A DNA stretch of 64,000 nucleotides. Origin: Corallochytrium limacisporum Hawaii. Taxonomy: Eukaryota; Protista; Pluriformea. Made by a program: the position numbers and the translations under genes. The notes below the pieces were generated by a model. That model was given only the letters and a program-made list of their open reading frames with translations. It made no database searches and was not told the DNA's origin. Location: positions 62,001 to 126,000 of the forward strand of contig PDIP01000001.1 in NCBI GenBank assembly GCA_002811645.1, in the 5' to 3' direction. This document shows, piece by piece, positions 8,760 through 19,554 of the stretch (within the stretch, counting starts at the first letter, position 1; each line of letters begins with the position of its first letter).

Positions 8760-10826
8760 ATGGATCTTCTGCAAGATTTTGTCTGGCGCAGTCAAGCAGC
8801 AGATATTGCTGCTGTAGACTGTGCCCAAGCATCAGGGACGGAGCTTGGAGTCTTAATTGCATCATTAGAAGATATTCGCCAGAGTGAGGCCAAAGAAGCA
8901 GACAGTGAACAACTAAGGCTTCGTAACAGTGGAATTTTAACAAATGGAATAGCAGAAGCAACAGAGCCATTGACAGATACAGCATGGTTTGACAGTTTTG
9001 TCTCTGAGAAAGTGTCCTTCCTTTCCGGGCGAATAAGTAGACTTATAGTTCAATTAGGACAGCGCAACGACTATGAAGAATTACGAACTGCCGTAGAGGC
9101 CTTGGATAGGTTGTTACCGGTTATTCAAGCGGATGCAGAATTCATCATTGCCCGAAGTCGCGAAAAGGGTCTTCCTGTTTATGACAATGAGAACTCAGTG
9201 ATAGGACGTGTACCAATCAACGGGTACCTAAGTCTGATCTACGTAATGGGAAGAGCACTAAAGAGAGGCGGGGCTCTAATTGTGGATATGGAGAAAGCTT
9301 ACAGCAACACATTCAGCTTCTTCAATCAGAACTTTTGGAAACAAGAGATCATGGATATGTGCGCCATTTTGTCCGCCCTTTTGGCAACATTTGCATTGGC
9401 AAGAGAAACTCTCGAGGAGGATGCACTGGCACAGGAATCTTGTGACCAGCATACAGAAGGCGTGAGCGCGACAGACGGAGGAATGCCGTACTACGGGACC
9501 TATTTCCCCAAAGACAAAGACAAGATGAACACTATGCTGTTACTCAATTGCCAATACTTTTATGGGCGACGCTTTGGCTTCGTCTTTCCAAGCTCCGTCA
9601 AGCGATTGTTGAAGATCATTGTGACCGCAACAGCGGGGTTTGCTGACGGGTATGCTTCGAGCCAGACCGCCTTCTTTCAGCAGGCTGTGATGGCTCTTAA
9701 GAGTGTTCACTACGTCATGCATCAGCAGAGTCGCTCACAGGCTCTTGTCAAGCAATTTGCGAAGGGTGATGTTGAATTCACATCCACTTTCTTTAATCTT
9801 TTGGAGACTACCGTCGCCAAACACTACGGAAAAATTGCCTCTCCCACAATGGCACTGAACCGAGTGTTCAAGCTCCCGGTAATGTCCTTCAGGCAATTGA
9901 CCAATGGAATGACCCGCGGGTTTGACAGTGAAGATCCAAGTGATGTGTTGCTGCAAGCAGAGAAGAAATTCGTACAGGTTCGTCTTTTGAGTGCCAACAG
10001 GTTCCGGGTACAGATGCGAAGTTCAAAGGATTCTGGAAATTTGGAAGCAGAAGAGGCCATCAATGATGTTGACGCAAATAGGATGGCCAAACAATTGATA
10101 ATGCATTTTCATGGAGGAGGATTCATAGCCCAAACATCGTTATCACATGAAGTGTACCTAAGACTATGGGCCAAAGAATTCAATATTCCAGTCGTATCGG
10201 TAGATTACTCCCTATCACCCGAAAATCACTTTCCTGTTGCCGTATACGAGGCTTTCTATGCATACTGCTGGTCGCTTCGGTATCATCATCGCTATGGGGT
10301 ATCAAACCTTGACGAAATAGTATTGTGTGGTGATTCAGCAGGCGCAAATCTTTGCATCGCTATCTGCTTGCTTTGCCACAAGTTCAGTATTCGAATGCCG
10401 ACCGGAATTGTTATCGCATATCCACCATTGAATATGGAGTACGACATGGCGGCCAGCAGGATGTTGTCCATTATGGATCCAATGCTTCCTTCTGCTGTCT
10501 TGAAGTGCTGCCTAGAGGCATACATCCCAGAAGAAGAGAAAGCCAATCGCAAGGATCCTCTAGCGTCACCTATTTTTGCTGCAGATGATCAGTTAGGAAC
10601 ATTTCCACCCTGTAGAATACTTACATCGAGTCTAGATCCTCTGTTTGATGATTCGATGGTTTTCGCCAAACGACTTGATGAATGTGGAGTAGATGTCATC
10701 GCACACGTATTCAGCACTCTTCCGCATGGATTTTGGAACTTTGCTCAAGCAAACAGTGAAGCCTTCCGGGCGTTTACCAAATCTTCGCAGTACATTGCTG
10801 CCCTGCTGGGCAAATCTCGCAAGTAG
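8760..10826 (+). CDS. LIPE: Hormone-sensitive lipase (HSL N-terminal domain plus alpha/beta hydrolase)
   Basis: Catalytic domain: HFHGGGFIAQTS.SHE.YLR.WA, GDSAGANL, DPLFDD, LPHGF. N-terminal HSL_N-like motifs: NGYLSL and FYGRRFGF. Confidence 0.92.
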   Translation: MDLLQDFVWRSQAADIAAVDCAQASGTELGVLIASLEDIRQSEAKEADSEQLRLRNSGILTNGIAEATEPLTDTAWFDSFVSEKVSFLSGRISRLIVQLGQRNDYEELRTAVEALDRLLPVIQADAEFIIARSREKGLPVYDNENSVIGRVPINGYLSLIYVMGRALKRGGALIVDMEKAYSNTFSFFNQNFWKQEIMDMCAILSALLATFALARETLEEDALAQESCDQHTEGVSATDGGMPYYGTYFPKDKDKMNTMLLLNCQYFYGRRFGFVFPSSVKRLLKIIVTATAGFADGYASSQTAFFQQAVMALKSVHYVMHQQSRSQALVKQFAKGDVEFTSTFFNLLETTVAKHYGKIASPTMALNRVFKLPVMSFRQLTNGMTRGFDSEDPSDVLLQAEKKFVQVRLLSANRFRVQMRSSKDSGNLEAEEAINDVDANRMAKQLIMHFHGGGFIAQTSLSHEVYLRLWAKEFNIPVVSVDYSLSPENHFPVAVYEAFYAYCWSLRYHHRYGVSNLDEIVLCGDSAGANLCIAICLLCHKFSIRMPTGIVIAYPPLNMEYDMAASRMLSIMDPMLPSAVLKCCLEAYIPEEEKANRKDPLASPIFAADDQLGTFPPCRILTSSLDPLFDDSMVFAKRLDECGVDVIAHVFSTLPHGFWNFAQANSEAFRAFTKSSQYIAALLGKSRK

Positions 10827-12144
10827 GGAATCCAATCAATGTATTCAATTCTTTTTGAACCACTTACACGAATTCAATACAGATAGTTTTTGTAGGTTCA
10901 CTTGAATATTATAGTAGGCAGCGTGACAATATGTGTAATTTGCGCAATTGGATTATAAAGTTCTTTCGCTAGAGTGCATACACCAATAGAATTACTTGGT
11001 CCATCTTCAATAGGCATTCCAGAGATTGTTATTGTGAAGTTTTCTCTTACATGTTGGTTTGCACTCGCCGTGCGACGAATTGTTGTCCGCAATTGTTTCC
11101 GCTTCTATGTCGTCGTCACTCCCGCGCCCCACCTTCCTTGTTCCCCGATTTGCAAAGGGGAAATGGAAGCGCTTGTGTGCTGGGTCCACGTATGGCAGAC
11201 CTAACTCTGTCTACGAGAAACCTCCTCAATTCAGTGTGCGTCGAGACAGTGGTCCGCTAGTCGTAAGCGAAGACTTTTCTGTGACCAGCGGAATCAATAA
11301 CCACCCGGTAACCCTGTTGGACAAATTGTGTCTAGCGTTTGCATACATACAGAATGGAAAAATATGACTCAGACGCGTTAGTTCATACATCTTCCGTCTC
11401 ACTCTTAACGGGACCAGGGCTTAATTCTGAAACCCGTTCTCCGCGAGGTCTGCGCTCTCGAGGGTGGTGGGTGTGTTGCGAGGGGAGGTAAAAATAGAAC
11501 GAAACAGATGCACACTCGCAGAGACACATGCGCCTACGCAAGAGTTTTTGGTTAGGGCATGCGAAAATCACTGTGTGTGGCGTCGGTTTTACGCCGGTCC
11601 TCCCATACCCACCTTCCCATTGTTCAAGTATATGTACACAACCGTTCCTGCCAGAGTCGGCAGCAGTGTTGGTACAAGTCGTCCTGGCCAACTGCCGCCT
11701 CTCTGTCGACCAATCCCTGAGAGAGAAGGTGGGGCCCGGTCTGTTTGCGCGAAAGTGATGGGGCAACGAAATTTTTTTCCGACTTCCTCTGTCACCCTTT
11801 GACTGCAGGCAGTTTCCGGCACACCAATTTTCGGCACAAAACACACACATTCAGAGTACAAACACATAACGATCCCTTCGCAGGGACAAGGCCCCATCAT
11901 CCGATACTCTCCACACCCACCCAATGCTGACAAGCTGGGGGAGGAGATTAATATCTATTCGGTACGGAGTAGGTCACTACCGTGTGCTCACCGGAGCGGA
12001 AAGGTATCTCAAAGAGTTCAGCAGGTATTCCACTGGGAGCAATCCTGGCCGTGACAATCAGTGGGAAACTCTAGGTGACCTTATCTACACCACGAAGGTG
12101 GTGAGTGGCGGTTTCAAGTAGTGCGCATGTTCTAGAGTTGAACC

Positions 12145-12945
12145 ATGCTGGCGAATCAAAAACACGAAGATGAAAGCCTTGCCGTGCGCCTGGGCATTGA
12201 CTTTGTGTCGGCCAGTGGTGCTGCCTTTCTTGTCAGTCCACTTGTTTGCACCATTGACCGTGCTATTATTTCCAATGCCTCAGGGTCCATGAAGATGAAA
12301 GATAGTATCATAAAGGGACTCACTGAGTTTGTAACAAACCCCGCTAAGGCGTTCAGTAGACGAGAGTTCTTATTGATCTGGGGTGTGTACACAGCCACAT
12401 ACGTGACAGCTAACACCATCATGACCGTAGCAGAAAGAATGGATAAAGACGCGGGGTGGCCTAAGTTCCTCGGTACCACTGTGGTCAATCTAGTCACGTG
12501 CATTGGAAAAGACAGAGAGTTTACGCGAATGTTCGGAACGGTTGCGCCAAAGCCACTCCCTGTCGCTACATATGGGCTGTTCGCTGTTCGTGACTCAATG
12601 ACCATAGGGGCTAGCTTCAATGCACCGAAATATGCGTCTGCCAAGATCCGACAAACATTTGGGGAAGAAAACATCTCCCGTCAGAGTGCTGATAACGTTG
12701 CACAATTGTTTTGCCCAGCCGTGGTCCAATTTGCAAGTACTCCCATCCATCTCCTAGGTCTTGACCTGTACAACAACCCTGGGGCATCGGCAGCCTCACG
12801 CATTGCACAGATTCGATCCACGTACATCGGCAGTGCGCTGGCCCGGATCGGACGTATTGGTCCCGCTTTCGGCTTCGGAGGTATCGGGAACACGTACTTC
12901 AGAAAGGGCCTACAGCACCAATTGCTCGGGCACAGCTGGAACTGA
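12145..12945 (+). CDS. Conserved multi-pass membrane protein (mitochondrial carrier-like orphan family)
   Basis: 266 aa with LVSPLVCTIDRAII.NASG, YTATY.TAN, KDREF, RDSMTI.ASF, STPIHLLGLDLYN and RIGPAFGFGG, a pattern recalled from an uncharacterised fungal/protist family. Confidence 0.7.
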   Translation: MLANQKHEDESLAVRLGIDFVSASGAAFLVSPLVCTIDRAIISNASGSMKMKDSIIKGLTEFVTNPAKAFSRREFLLIWGVYTATYVTANTIMTVAERMDKDAGWPKFLGTTVVNLVTCIGKDREFTRMFGTVAPKPLPVATYGLFAVRDSMTIGASFNAPKYASAKIRQTFGEENISRQSADNVAQLFCPAVVQFASTPIHLLGLDLYNNPGASAASRIAQIRSTYIGSALARIGRIGPAFGFGGIGNTYFRKGLQHQLLGHSWN

Positions 12946-13086
12946 GTAGGTTAAAGGCATCCTGAAGCGTGCAAAGAGAAAGCCCAGCAAAAACAAGTGT
13001 AACATAAAGCATCTTAGAACTAGTTTCCTTGTGATGAGGCAATGGAAAACTTTGGGAACCATGACCGGAACAGATGTATAGTGAAT

Positions 13087-13145
13087 TCCCCCCCCCCCTT
13101 CCCACCTTCCCCGTCCCCTTCCCCTTGCCCTTTCCCTTCCCCTCT
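13087..13145 (+). promoter_or_regulatory. C-rich tract (G-quadruplex-capable opposite strand) ~330 bp upstream of the 13470 gene; example of a recurring intergenic element
   Basis: A C12 run followed by CCCTT-type repeats. Similar tracts occur in most intergenic regions. The regulatory role is inferred. Confidence 0.4.
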
Positions 13146-13469
13146 CATTGATGTACTTCCCATCTCGCTTTTCCTTGTGCGTACGCCGTTGTTGGGTTCT
13201 TCCCCTACCCCACCGGCGCATCGGCGTTCGACACTTGGACCCTTCCCCACGAAATTGCGCGCCAAGGACCCAAGATTACGTTTTGCGGGTCAAACGCGAT
13301 TCGTGCGATGAGCGTTTATGCACTTCCCGTCGTTGTCTCCGATTATGGTATAAGCTGGCCATTGGTAAATGAGAATTAGAATGAACACAAACCTTCTATT
13401 TAGTTGTACCTTGATCGGTCAACGCAAACACGGAGGAGCCTGCGGTTGAATATGATTACGTAGCTCGGC

Positions 13470-14201
13470 ATGCCTGTGACCGGCAGAATGGAACCGCGGG
13501 AAATGGAAGAGTCCCGCACAGTACGGGCTCTCAAGCTGGTCCACCACAGTAAAACCGTCGCGGAGGCAATACAGAAGAGACTAAGGACCCTAGATGTTTG
13601 GTTGTCTCGGGACTCCAACACCGGACAAGATCTTGATGTTTCAGATGGGAGCAAACTGGGCAGTGGAAACATTGAGGAGTATTGCATGGCGATAGAAGAA
13701 GGCCTACTTACTCTCCTAGCAGGTCTGGAGAGTATGGCAAATGAACTGTTTGCATCGAATCGTGATTTGCAAAATGTACGAGGCAAGCTGGCGTCCCTGC
13801 GACAACAATGCAGGCTAAGAGATAAAGAATATCAGAATGGAATGACAAATATGCGATTGCACTACCAAGAACAGGTCACGAAAGCGAGAGAATCTTTATT
13901 GAGTTCTGCAGAGGATTTCTGTTTACGAGAGCTTCGCAATATGAAAGCCGCGAAACGGACACCGGAGGCTGAAGAAATGCACCGAACCATTCGCACATCA
14001 AGGGAGGCTGCAGCACTGCTCAAGGAGCTACAGCTTGTTCTCAAGTCCACTACAGACGACAAAACCCGTCTCCAATGGGAAGCTGATATTCTCGCAGAAG
14101 AAATTGAAAATCTCCGAAGCCAGCTTGACGACAAACAGGCTTACATTGAGCTACTCGAAAGTGATATCGCCGTGTTGCGTGAGGAGCTGCGTGTAAGCTA
14201 G
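13470..14201 (+). CDS. Hypothetical coiled-coil protein
   Basis: 243 aa ATG-initiated ORF with heptad-like L/E/R/K-rich composition. Confidence 0.6.
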   Translation: MPVTGRMEPREMEESRTVRALKLVHHSKTVAEAIQKRLRTLDVWLSRDSNTGQDLDVSDGSKLGSGNIEEYCMAIEEGLLTLLAGLESMANELFASNRDLQNVRGKLASLRQQCRLRDKEYQNGMTNMRLHYQEQVTKARESLLSSAEDFCLRELRNMKAAKRTPEAEEMHRTIRTSREAAALLKELQLVLKSTTDDKTRLQWEADILAEEIENLRSQLDDKQAYIELLESDIAVLREELRVS

Positions 14202-14252
14202 GATTCCCTCATTCTATTAAAACATATTGTACATTCTTTACGCTACGGTGGC

Positions 14253-14780
14253 TCATAAATCGCATGATCCGTCTGCAGGGCCATCCTTCCATCTTTCCAT
14301 GACCTTTTTGCAGTCGAACGTCTCTTTCCCAAGTCTCTCATTCACGTCGTTGTGCATGTCGCAGAACCATCGACTTAGAGTCACATTGCTATCCGCAGTG
14401 ACAGGGTGCGCCTTCAAGTACTCCTTCAAGTGATCAGCACAGTACCAACAAGGGTAAAACTTGCTAAGACCCGTTACGAAAGATGTCATGTCTGCTTGCG
14501 TCTGCTTATCGGCCTTTTCTGGATAGTATGCGGCCATTGTGTGCAAGAACGTCCATGTGGAATTGCCGAGCTCCACACTATCCGGAGGACACTTCTTCTG
14601 TGTCGAAACTAGCGGGGGATGGACTTTATCGTAGCGGCTTGAGGGCGTCATGTCGTCTGTAACTGTCTTTTTCCCCATTCTGGTTCCGGTTTGTGCACTA
14701 AAAATACTTGCGAAATCTGTACAAGCCCTGCAAGGCTTGCCTGACCGATCGAGGCCTATTCCCGCGTGCTTTTCCGCCAT
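14253..14780 (-). CDS. ERV1: FAD-linked sulfhydryl oxidase Erv1/ALR
   Basis: N-terminal KPCRACTDF shuttle pair, CPPD..ELG..TWTFLHTMAAYYP, YPCWYCA, HNDVNERLGK..FDC. Confidence 0.96.
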   Translation of the reverse strand: MAEKHAGIGLDRSGKPCRACTDFASIFSAQTGTRMGKKTVTDDMTPSSRYDKVHPPLVSTQKKCPPDSVELGNSTWTFLHTMAAYYPEKADKQTQADMTSFVTGLSKFYPCWYCADHLKEYLKAHPVTADSNVTLSRWFCDMHNDVNERLGKETFDCKKVMERWKDGPADGSCDL

Positions 14781-16224
14781 GTTTCCACGACTACATAACA
14801 CACAAAATCTTCTGCTTTGCTATATGCTCTGTGATTTTCGCAGATCTTGCTTTCTCGATAGCAAATCATGTCAGAGTTCTTTTCAACTAGCTTGGTGTGC
14901 GCATCTGCTGTCAGCCCATCGAATCATCCAGACCCTCCTGAAATCCATTTGTCCCCACTCCCCCTCCTCTCTTGGCTATTTTGTACCTGCTTGGCACATG
15001 TCCCATCAATTTTATATACCTACATTCCCCAAATCGACAAACTAAAACGGTATAGTTCCATTTGTCCACACTCCCACATCACTCTCCTTTGCGCAAATTC
15101 GTTGTAGGCCTGTGCCGGTGATACAGCTACCGTGGCCCGTAACCAAACTAACAGGGTGAGCGTTTGGGACTTGCTTCCGATCTCGTATTGCTTCACTTTC
15201 TAACCATGGTGATTCGACCGCCCCCCTTCCTCTAGGAAGAGTCCCGTGGTTTGCTTTTCCCCTGGCCGCCAACGTGTTCAAAGGCGGCGGTAGTGACGCC
15301 TGGGTAGTCTGTGTCTGGAACTCCAGCATACTATGTAAGTGTGCCGGAGAACAAAAGCAAAGCCCGTCGACGGTTGATAAGGTCGTCATGCTAAATGCAA
15401 AACCTCAAATCAGGGTATACCCTAATAACGGCAAGACATGTCGAATACTGGAACACTATCTTCTGGTTCTCTTGTCGCACCTGCGCACAGATGGACACCT
15501 TAGGGGGAGGAGGAACACAAGCGTCGCGGGTGACTTGACCGCAACTGGATTACCCTGTCTCTGTCACACTTACAGTAGTTCATGAAATGAAGATTGACGA
15601 TAGTTCATGACATTATGTTCATGGAGAACTGACCTACGCGCATCCGCCACGGCCAGCATTGGATTCAGCCACTGCAGAGTTTTTTCGAATCACCTCTCTT
15701 GACGAAACCAAGTAACTTTGAACGATTTTTCCGAACCGTCAACCAGCAAACGGAACCATGCACTGGGACCTTAGTGAAAATACAGATTGGCAAAACCGGC
15801 CCGATGACGCAGAAACAAGCAGGCCGCTGCTGCTGAGGAAGTCACAATCTTGCTTGATTTGTATGGGGCCGATGTGCTTACCAACGGAAATTATATATAT
15901 TTAATATGGAGATTAATCTTTTGTGTTTATATTCTGTGTTACTAAGGTAGGTCCCAGGGCTGCTTTTACCGGAATTACCGGGGTCGCCGTGGAGGGAGAA
16001 GCAAGCAGCGGTTTGGTGAGTTAGACTCTGTTGCTACTGTCGCACTCTCTCGTACGGGACGAATCCGGTCTTCTGTGGGATAATAACAGCGGTGCTCATG
16101 GAGATCAATGCTGATATTTCAGGAATGACCATAGATCCGTTGATAAGTCTGAGCCAGTTCTGACAATAGCATCGTTTAAGTGTCCGACACGGGTAGTACT
16201 GCTTCCCACTGATAAGGTTCAATC

Positions 16225-17049
16225 ATGGGCTGCTGCCAATCTGAAATTTGTCCCGAGAACATCATCGATCCTCCTACTGAGGGTCCTGTTCGTGTGAAAT
16301 GTAAATCTCGGAACATTTTCTCTAAGGACTACTGTGTCCACCAGGACGATGAAGACGGTTCGCTGTGGATGTACATCCGCCGTAACGCTGGTGATGACAA
16401 CGACAAGTATGTTCTGGAGAGTTTCCACAAGGACGAGGAGAAGGAAGATCTCAACCAGTGTCTTGTCATGTGCAAGATTGACAACTTGATCATGCACGGT
16501 GATGACGCATCTTACAAGACCTATGACGTCGACTCCGATGGCGACTCTGATGCGAATTTCAGTCCAGACAGTGATGCAGAGGACAGCGGTGTCCAGAAGA
16601 AGAAGTGGCGCTTGAAGACGAAGGCCCGTTACTACTCTGACCGCTCGAAGAAAGATCAAATTGCCATCCTAAAGATCAAAGCTAAGGGTGTTGCCTACTT
16701 GCACACCTGGACTGAGACCGATGCAAACGGCGAGGAGCGCCACAAAAGCCGCGAAACCAAGCGCATCAAGAAGATCAAGTACAAGGCCTACTTTGGCTCC
16801 AAGGACACTCCAGAAGAAGAGCGTCACTACGTTGATATTGACCTCAAGGGTTCTTTGAACCATAACATGAGGGAACTGAAGTGGAAGGGTGATGTCTTTG
16901 AATGCGATGTTGATGGTACCGTGCGCCAGAAGCCTGATATCAAGACCAAGGCAGGGTATGACCCGAATGTTGCCATCCTCATGGCCTTCACTGTCTGTAA
17001 CATTTGTGCGCCTGATGATATCCTTGGCGGGCTCAAAATCGTATGGTAA
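16225..17049 (+). CDS. Hypothetical protein with MGCC acylation motif; possible Tubby-C/LURP-one-like fold
   Basis: 274 aa with strongly C/G-ending codons. N-terminal MGCC, beta-strand-like body, and C-terminal IKTKAGYDPNVAILMAFTV hydrophobic helix. Confidence 0.7.
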   Translation: MGCCQSEICPENIIDPPTEGPVRVKCKSRNIFSKDYCVHQDDEDGSLWMYIRRNAGDDNDKYVLESFHKDEEKEDLNQCLVMCKIDNLIMHGDDASYKTYDVDSDGDSDANFSPDSDAEDSGVQKKKWRLKTKARYYSDRSKKDQIAILKIKAKGVAYLHTWTETDANGEERHKSRETKRIKKIKYKAYFGSKDTPEEERHYVDIDLKGSLNHNMRELKWKGDVFECDVDGTVRQKPDIKTKAGYDPNVAILMAFTVCNICAPDDILGGLKIVW

Positions 17050-17462
17050 GAGTACCAACAGTTCATGCGTATGTCGTTATAAAGTACTCTCTCGCTGACT
17101 ATCATGTGTTTAATGCTTTGGTACGCGACCCTTCCCCTTTCTGTTTCACCAACGGGAGCCAGTGGAACAGCAAGCGTTCGAACTTGCTAGAAAGGTTGGG
17201 GAGGTCTGAGCTGGTTCTCGCCTCCCCCCTCCCCCTGCCCATTCACCAAGTCTCACACATGGGCCGGTCTCAGACAATGAAAGTAATCCAGAAACGGGAG
17301 CTCCTTGCTGCAAGTGTTGGCTATTTAGAGAGACGGTCAGTGATTATTCGGAATGCATGAAATTCGGCATGCATGGCAATGCCACAGACAGACGAGAACC
17401 GACAATAACAAGAATTTTGGATATACCAAAATCATGGACAGAAAGATTAATTAGGAATAAAT

Positions 17463-18869
17463 ATGAGAAACCAACTCTACGAAGAAGTGCTCGCGTTGGT
17501 ACGGCAGCGTGCTGCGGAAGCAAAATCGCACCCAGATTTATGTAGCGAAGCCGTTAAATTGCTTGAAGCCAAGGCCCTTGATGGAAACCAAGACACTAAC
17601 AGTGGTGGGAAACGGAGAGAGCGCAGTCCCGACTCAGGACAACTTGAGGCCGACAGTGACGGCAAACGCAGCAAATCCACTGAGGATATTTTGATTCCCA
17701 GTGAGACTGTAGGTTATGTCATTGGACGTGGTGGTGAGACCATTCGCATGATCGAAGTAAGATCTGGTGCATGGGTGAAGGTTGCACCAGACGAGGGACA
17801 GCCAAAGCGTACAATTACTCTTTCGGGCCGTTTGGAGGCTATTGCAAAGGCCAAGGAGCTGATTGATTCCACCATGGATGAATTCAGGCGGAATAAAGAA
17901 GTTCCCCAGGAACAGTCTAATGAGCAACCTTCAATGGATCAACAAAATGGCGCCGGAGTCGAAAGTAGCGGAGAAGTATCGGAAACTATTGAGGTGCCCA
18001 TGAGGCTGGTCGGACTAATAATTGGCCGGGGCGGAGAAAAGATTCGTGAGATTCAGGACCGCAGTAGATGCAACATTCAGGTACAACAGACTGGACTGCC
18101 CCCTGGTGCGACCACGAAGCCTGTTATTATCACTGGCAAGAGCCATGATGATGTCTCGAGGGCCAAACAGATCATTGACGAAGCCATTGACGAGGATACT
18201 GGACCTAGAGGAATGAATCGAGTTGGTTCTCGCTCTACGGCCGGCAGTGTCGAAATGGGCGGCTATGGTGAAGTAACATATGAAATGCCTATCCCTGTAC
18301 ATGCAGCTGGTATGGTCATTGGCAAGGGAGGTGACACCATTAGACGCCTAGAGCAGCAAAGCGGAGCAAAGATGCGAATGGGTCAGGTAGTTGCTCACAA
18401 CGGCGAGAAGACCCTTAGCATCAGCGGGCCCCAATCTGCCATTGATGCTGCTAAGCGCATGGTTAGCAATATCGTAGAAGACACCCTCAACAGAGACAGA
18501 GGTGGCAGCAGTATGGGTGGGCCAGGAGGCCCTGGTCCTCGACCTGAAATGGGTGCCACGGTGGACTACCCGGTGGCCAAGGATAAAGTTGGCGTCGTGA
18601 TCGGCAAGCGTGGTCAGACTGTGAACTGGATTCAGGGTCGCAGCGGTGCAAAAATTCAGGTTATCAACGAAGCACCTGACGGTGCACTTGAGAAAATTTT
18701 TAAGGTCACTGGCTCTGATGCACAGATTGCTTATGCCAAGCAGCTGATTGACTATGTCATTCAGGTTGAGTCCGAGGGGTACACATTTGAGGACTATGCC
18801 GGAGGACAAGGCGGAGGACAGGGTGGTGGTACCGCTGGAGGGCAGGCTCATAGCGGCTATCGGTACTGA
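17463..18869 (+). CDS. Four-KH-domain RNA/ssDNA-binding protein (FUBP/KHSRP/PSI family)
   Basis: Four GxxG KH motifs (VIGRGGE, IIGRGGE, VIGKGGD, VIGKRGQ). N-terminal helix YEEVLALVRQRAAEAK resembles the FUBP N-box. Confidence 0.88.
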   Translation: MRNQLYEEVLALVRQRAAEAKSHPDLCSEAVKLLEAKALDGNQDTNSGGKRRERSPDSGQLEADSDGKRSKSTEDILIPSETVGYVIGRGGETIRMIEVRSGAWVKVAPDEGQPKRTITLSGRLEAIAKAKELIDSTMDEFRRNKEVPQEQSNEQPSMDQQNGAGVESSGEVSETIEVPMRLVGLIIGRGGEKIREIQDRSRCNIQVQQTGLPPGATTKPVIITGKSHDDVSRAKQIIDEAIDEDTGPRGMNRVGSRSTAGSVEMGGYGEVTYEMPIPVHAAGMVIGKGGDTIRRLEQQSGAKMRMGQVVAHNGEKTLSISGPQSAIDAAKRMVSNIVEDTLNRDRGGSSMGGPGGPGPRPEMGATVDYPVAKDKVGVVIGKRGQTVNWIQGRSGAKIQVINEAPDGALEKIFKVTGSDAQIAYAKQLIDYVIQVESEGYTFEDYAGGQGGGQGGGTAGGQAHSGYRY

Positions 18870-19032
18870 AAGATAAAGTTGTGTACTGAGTGTTCATAAT
18901 TTGAAACGACAGCTTCGTAGTAATCCTGTAAATACATTACATCGCTACCTCATGTTATTGTAACAGCCGAACCTCTGTGGCCCTACACTACCGAATATTG
19001 TATTTTGTTTTTTATCGTGCTCTTCTGAATTT

Positions 19033-19554
19033 CTACTTCAACAGAGAACGTACCAGCTGATCTCTTGCCGATGACAGTGCCTGTCCCAGAGTCTGATCGG
19101 TAGGGCTATCTTCAGAGAATGGCCGCAGAGCTACCCGCTGACTGATCACAGAGGGATCCACCTCGAGAATCATTCCATTGTCGATAACTTCGTCCAGAGT
19201 CATAAGGATCACATCCATATTATCGATCAGACTGCGCTTCTCCACTTGGTTACGAAGCAAAAAAGCGACTGATTCGTAGAAACCATTGAGAACATCCGTC
19301 AGCAGGAGCTCGTTACCGTCAACGGGCCCGATGACGTAGAACAGCAGATCCATATTGGTCCGATATACTGCTGTGTTACCATCGAACATTGTGATTTCCG
19401 AGTTTGCTTTGTGAGTCTTCTTGAACAGTGCCTTCTCGAAATTTTTCTGCTCCTTTACGGTTGACCAACTCCCATCGTAGTACTTTGCCAGCAAACGATC
19501 CCCGTTGTGGTCGAGAATGAGAACCGCCTTAATTGACTCGATTGATAAGCTCAT
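19033..19554 (-). CDS. COPZ1: Coatomer subunit zeta
   Basis: IKAVLILDHNGDRLLAKYY, QKNFEKALFKKTHKA, NELLL, LDEVIDNGMILEVDP. Confidence 0.96.
   Translation of the reverse strand: MSLSIESIKAVLILDHNGDRLLAKYYDGSWSTVKEQKNFEKALFKKTHKANSEITMFDGNTAVYRTNMDLLFYVIGPVDGNELLLTDVLNGFYESVAFLLRNQVEKRSLIDNMDVILMTLDEVIDNGMILEVDPSVISQRVALRPFSEDSPTDQTLGQALSSARDQLVRSLLK

Noticed and set aside
10898-12121. Short ORFs between LIPE and the 12145 gene
   Set aside because: No recognisable motifs; composition looks non-coding.
15270-15860. Protein-like fragments upstream of the 16225 gene
   Set aside because: Multiple stops and no identifiable homology; cannot be supported as a pseudogene.
17196-17275. GGGGAGGTCTGAG resembles RNase P RNA CR-I
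   Set aside because: The only complement (TCAGAC) is ~60 nt away, and no CR-V consensus lies at the expected distance.
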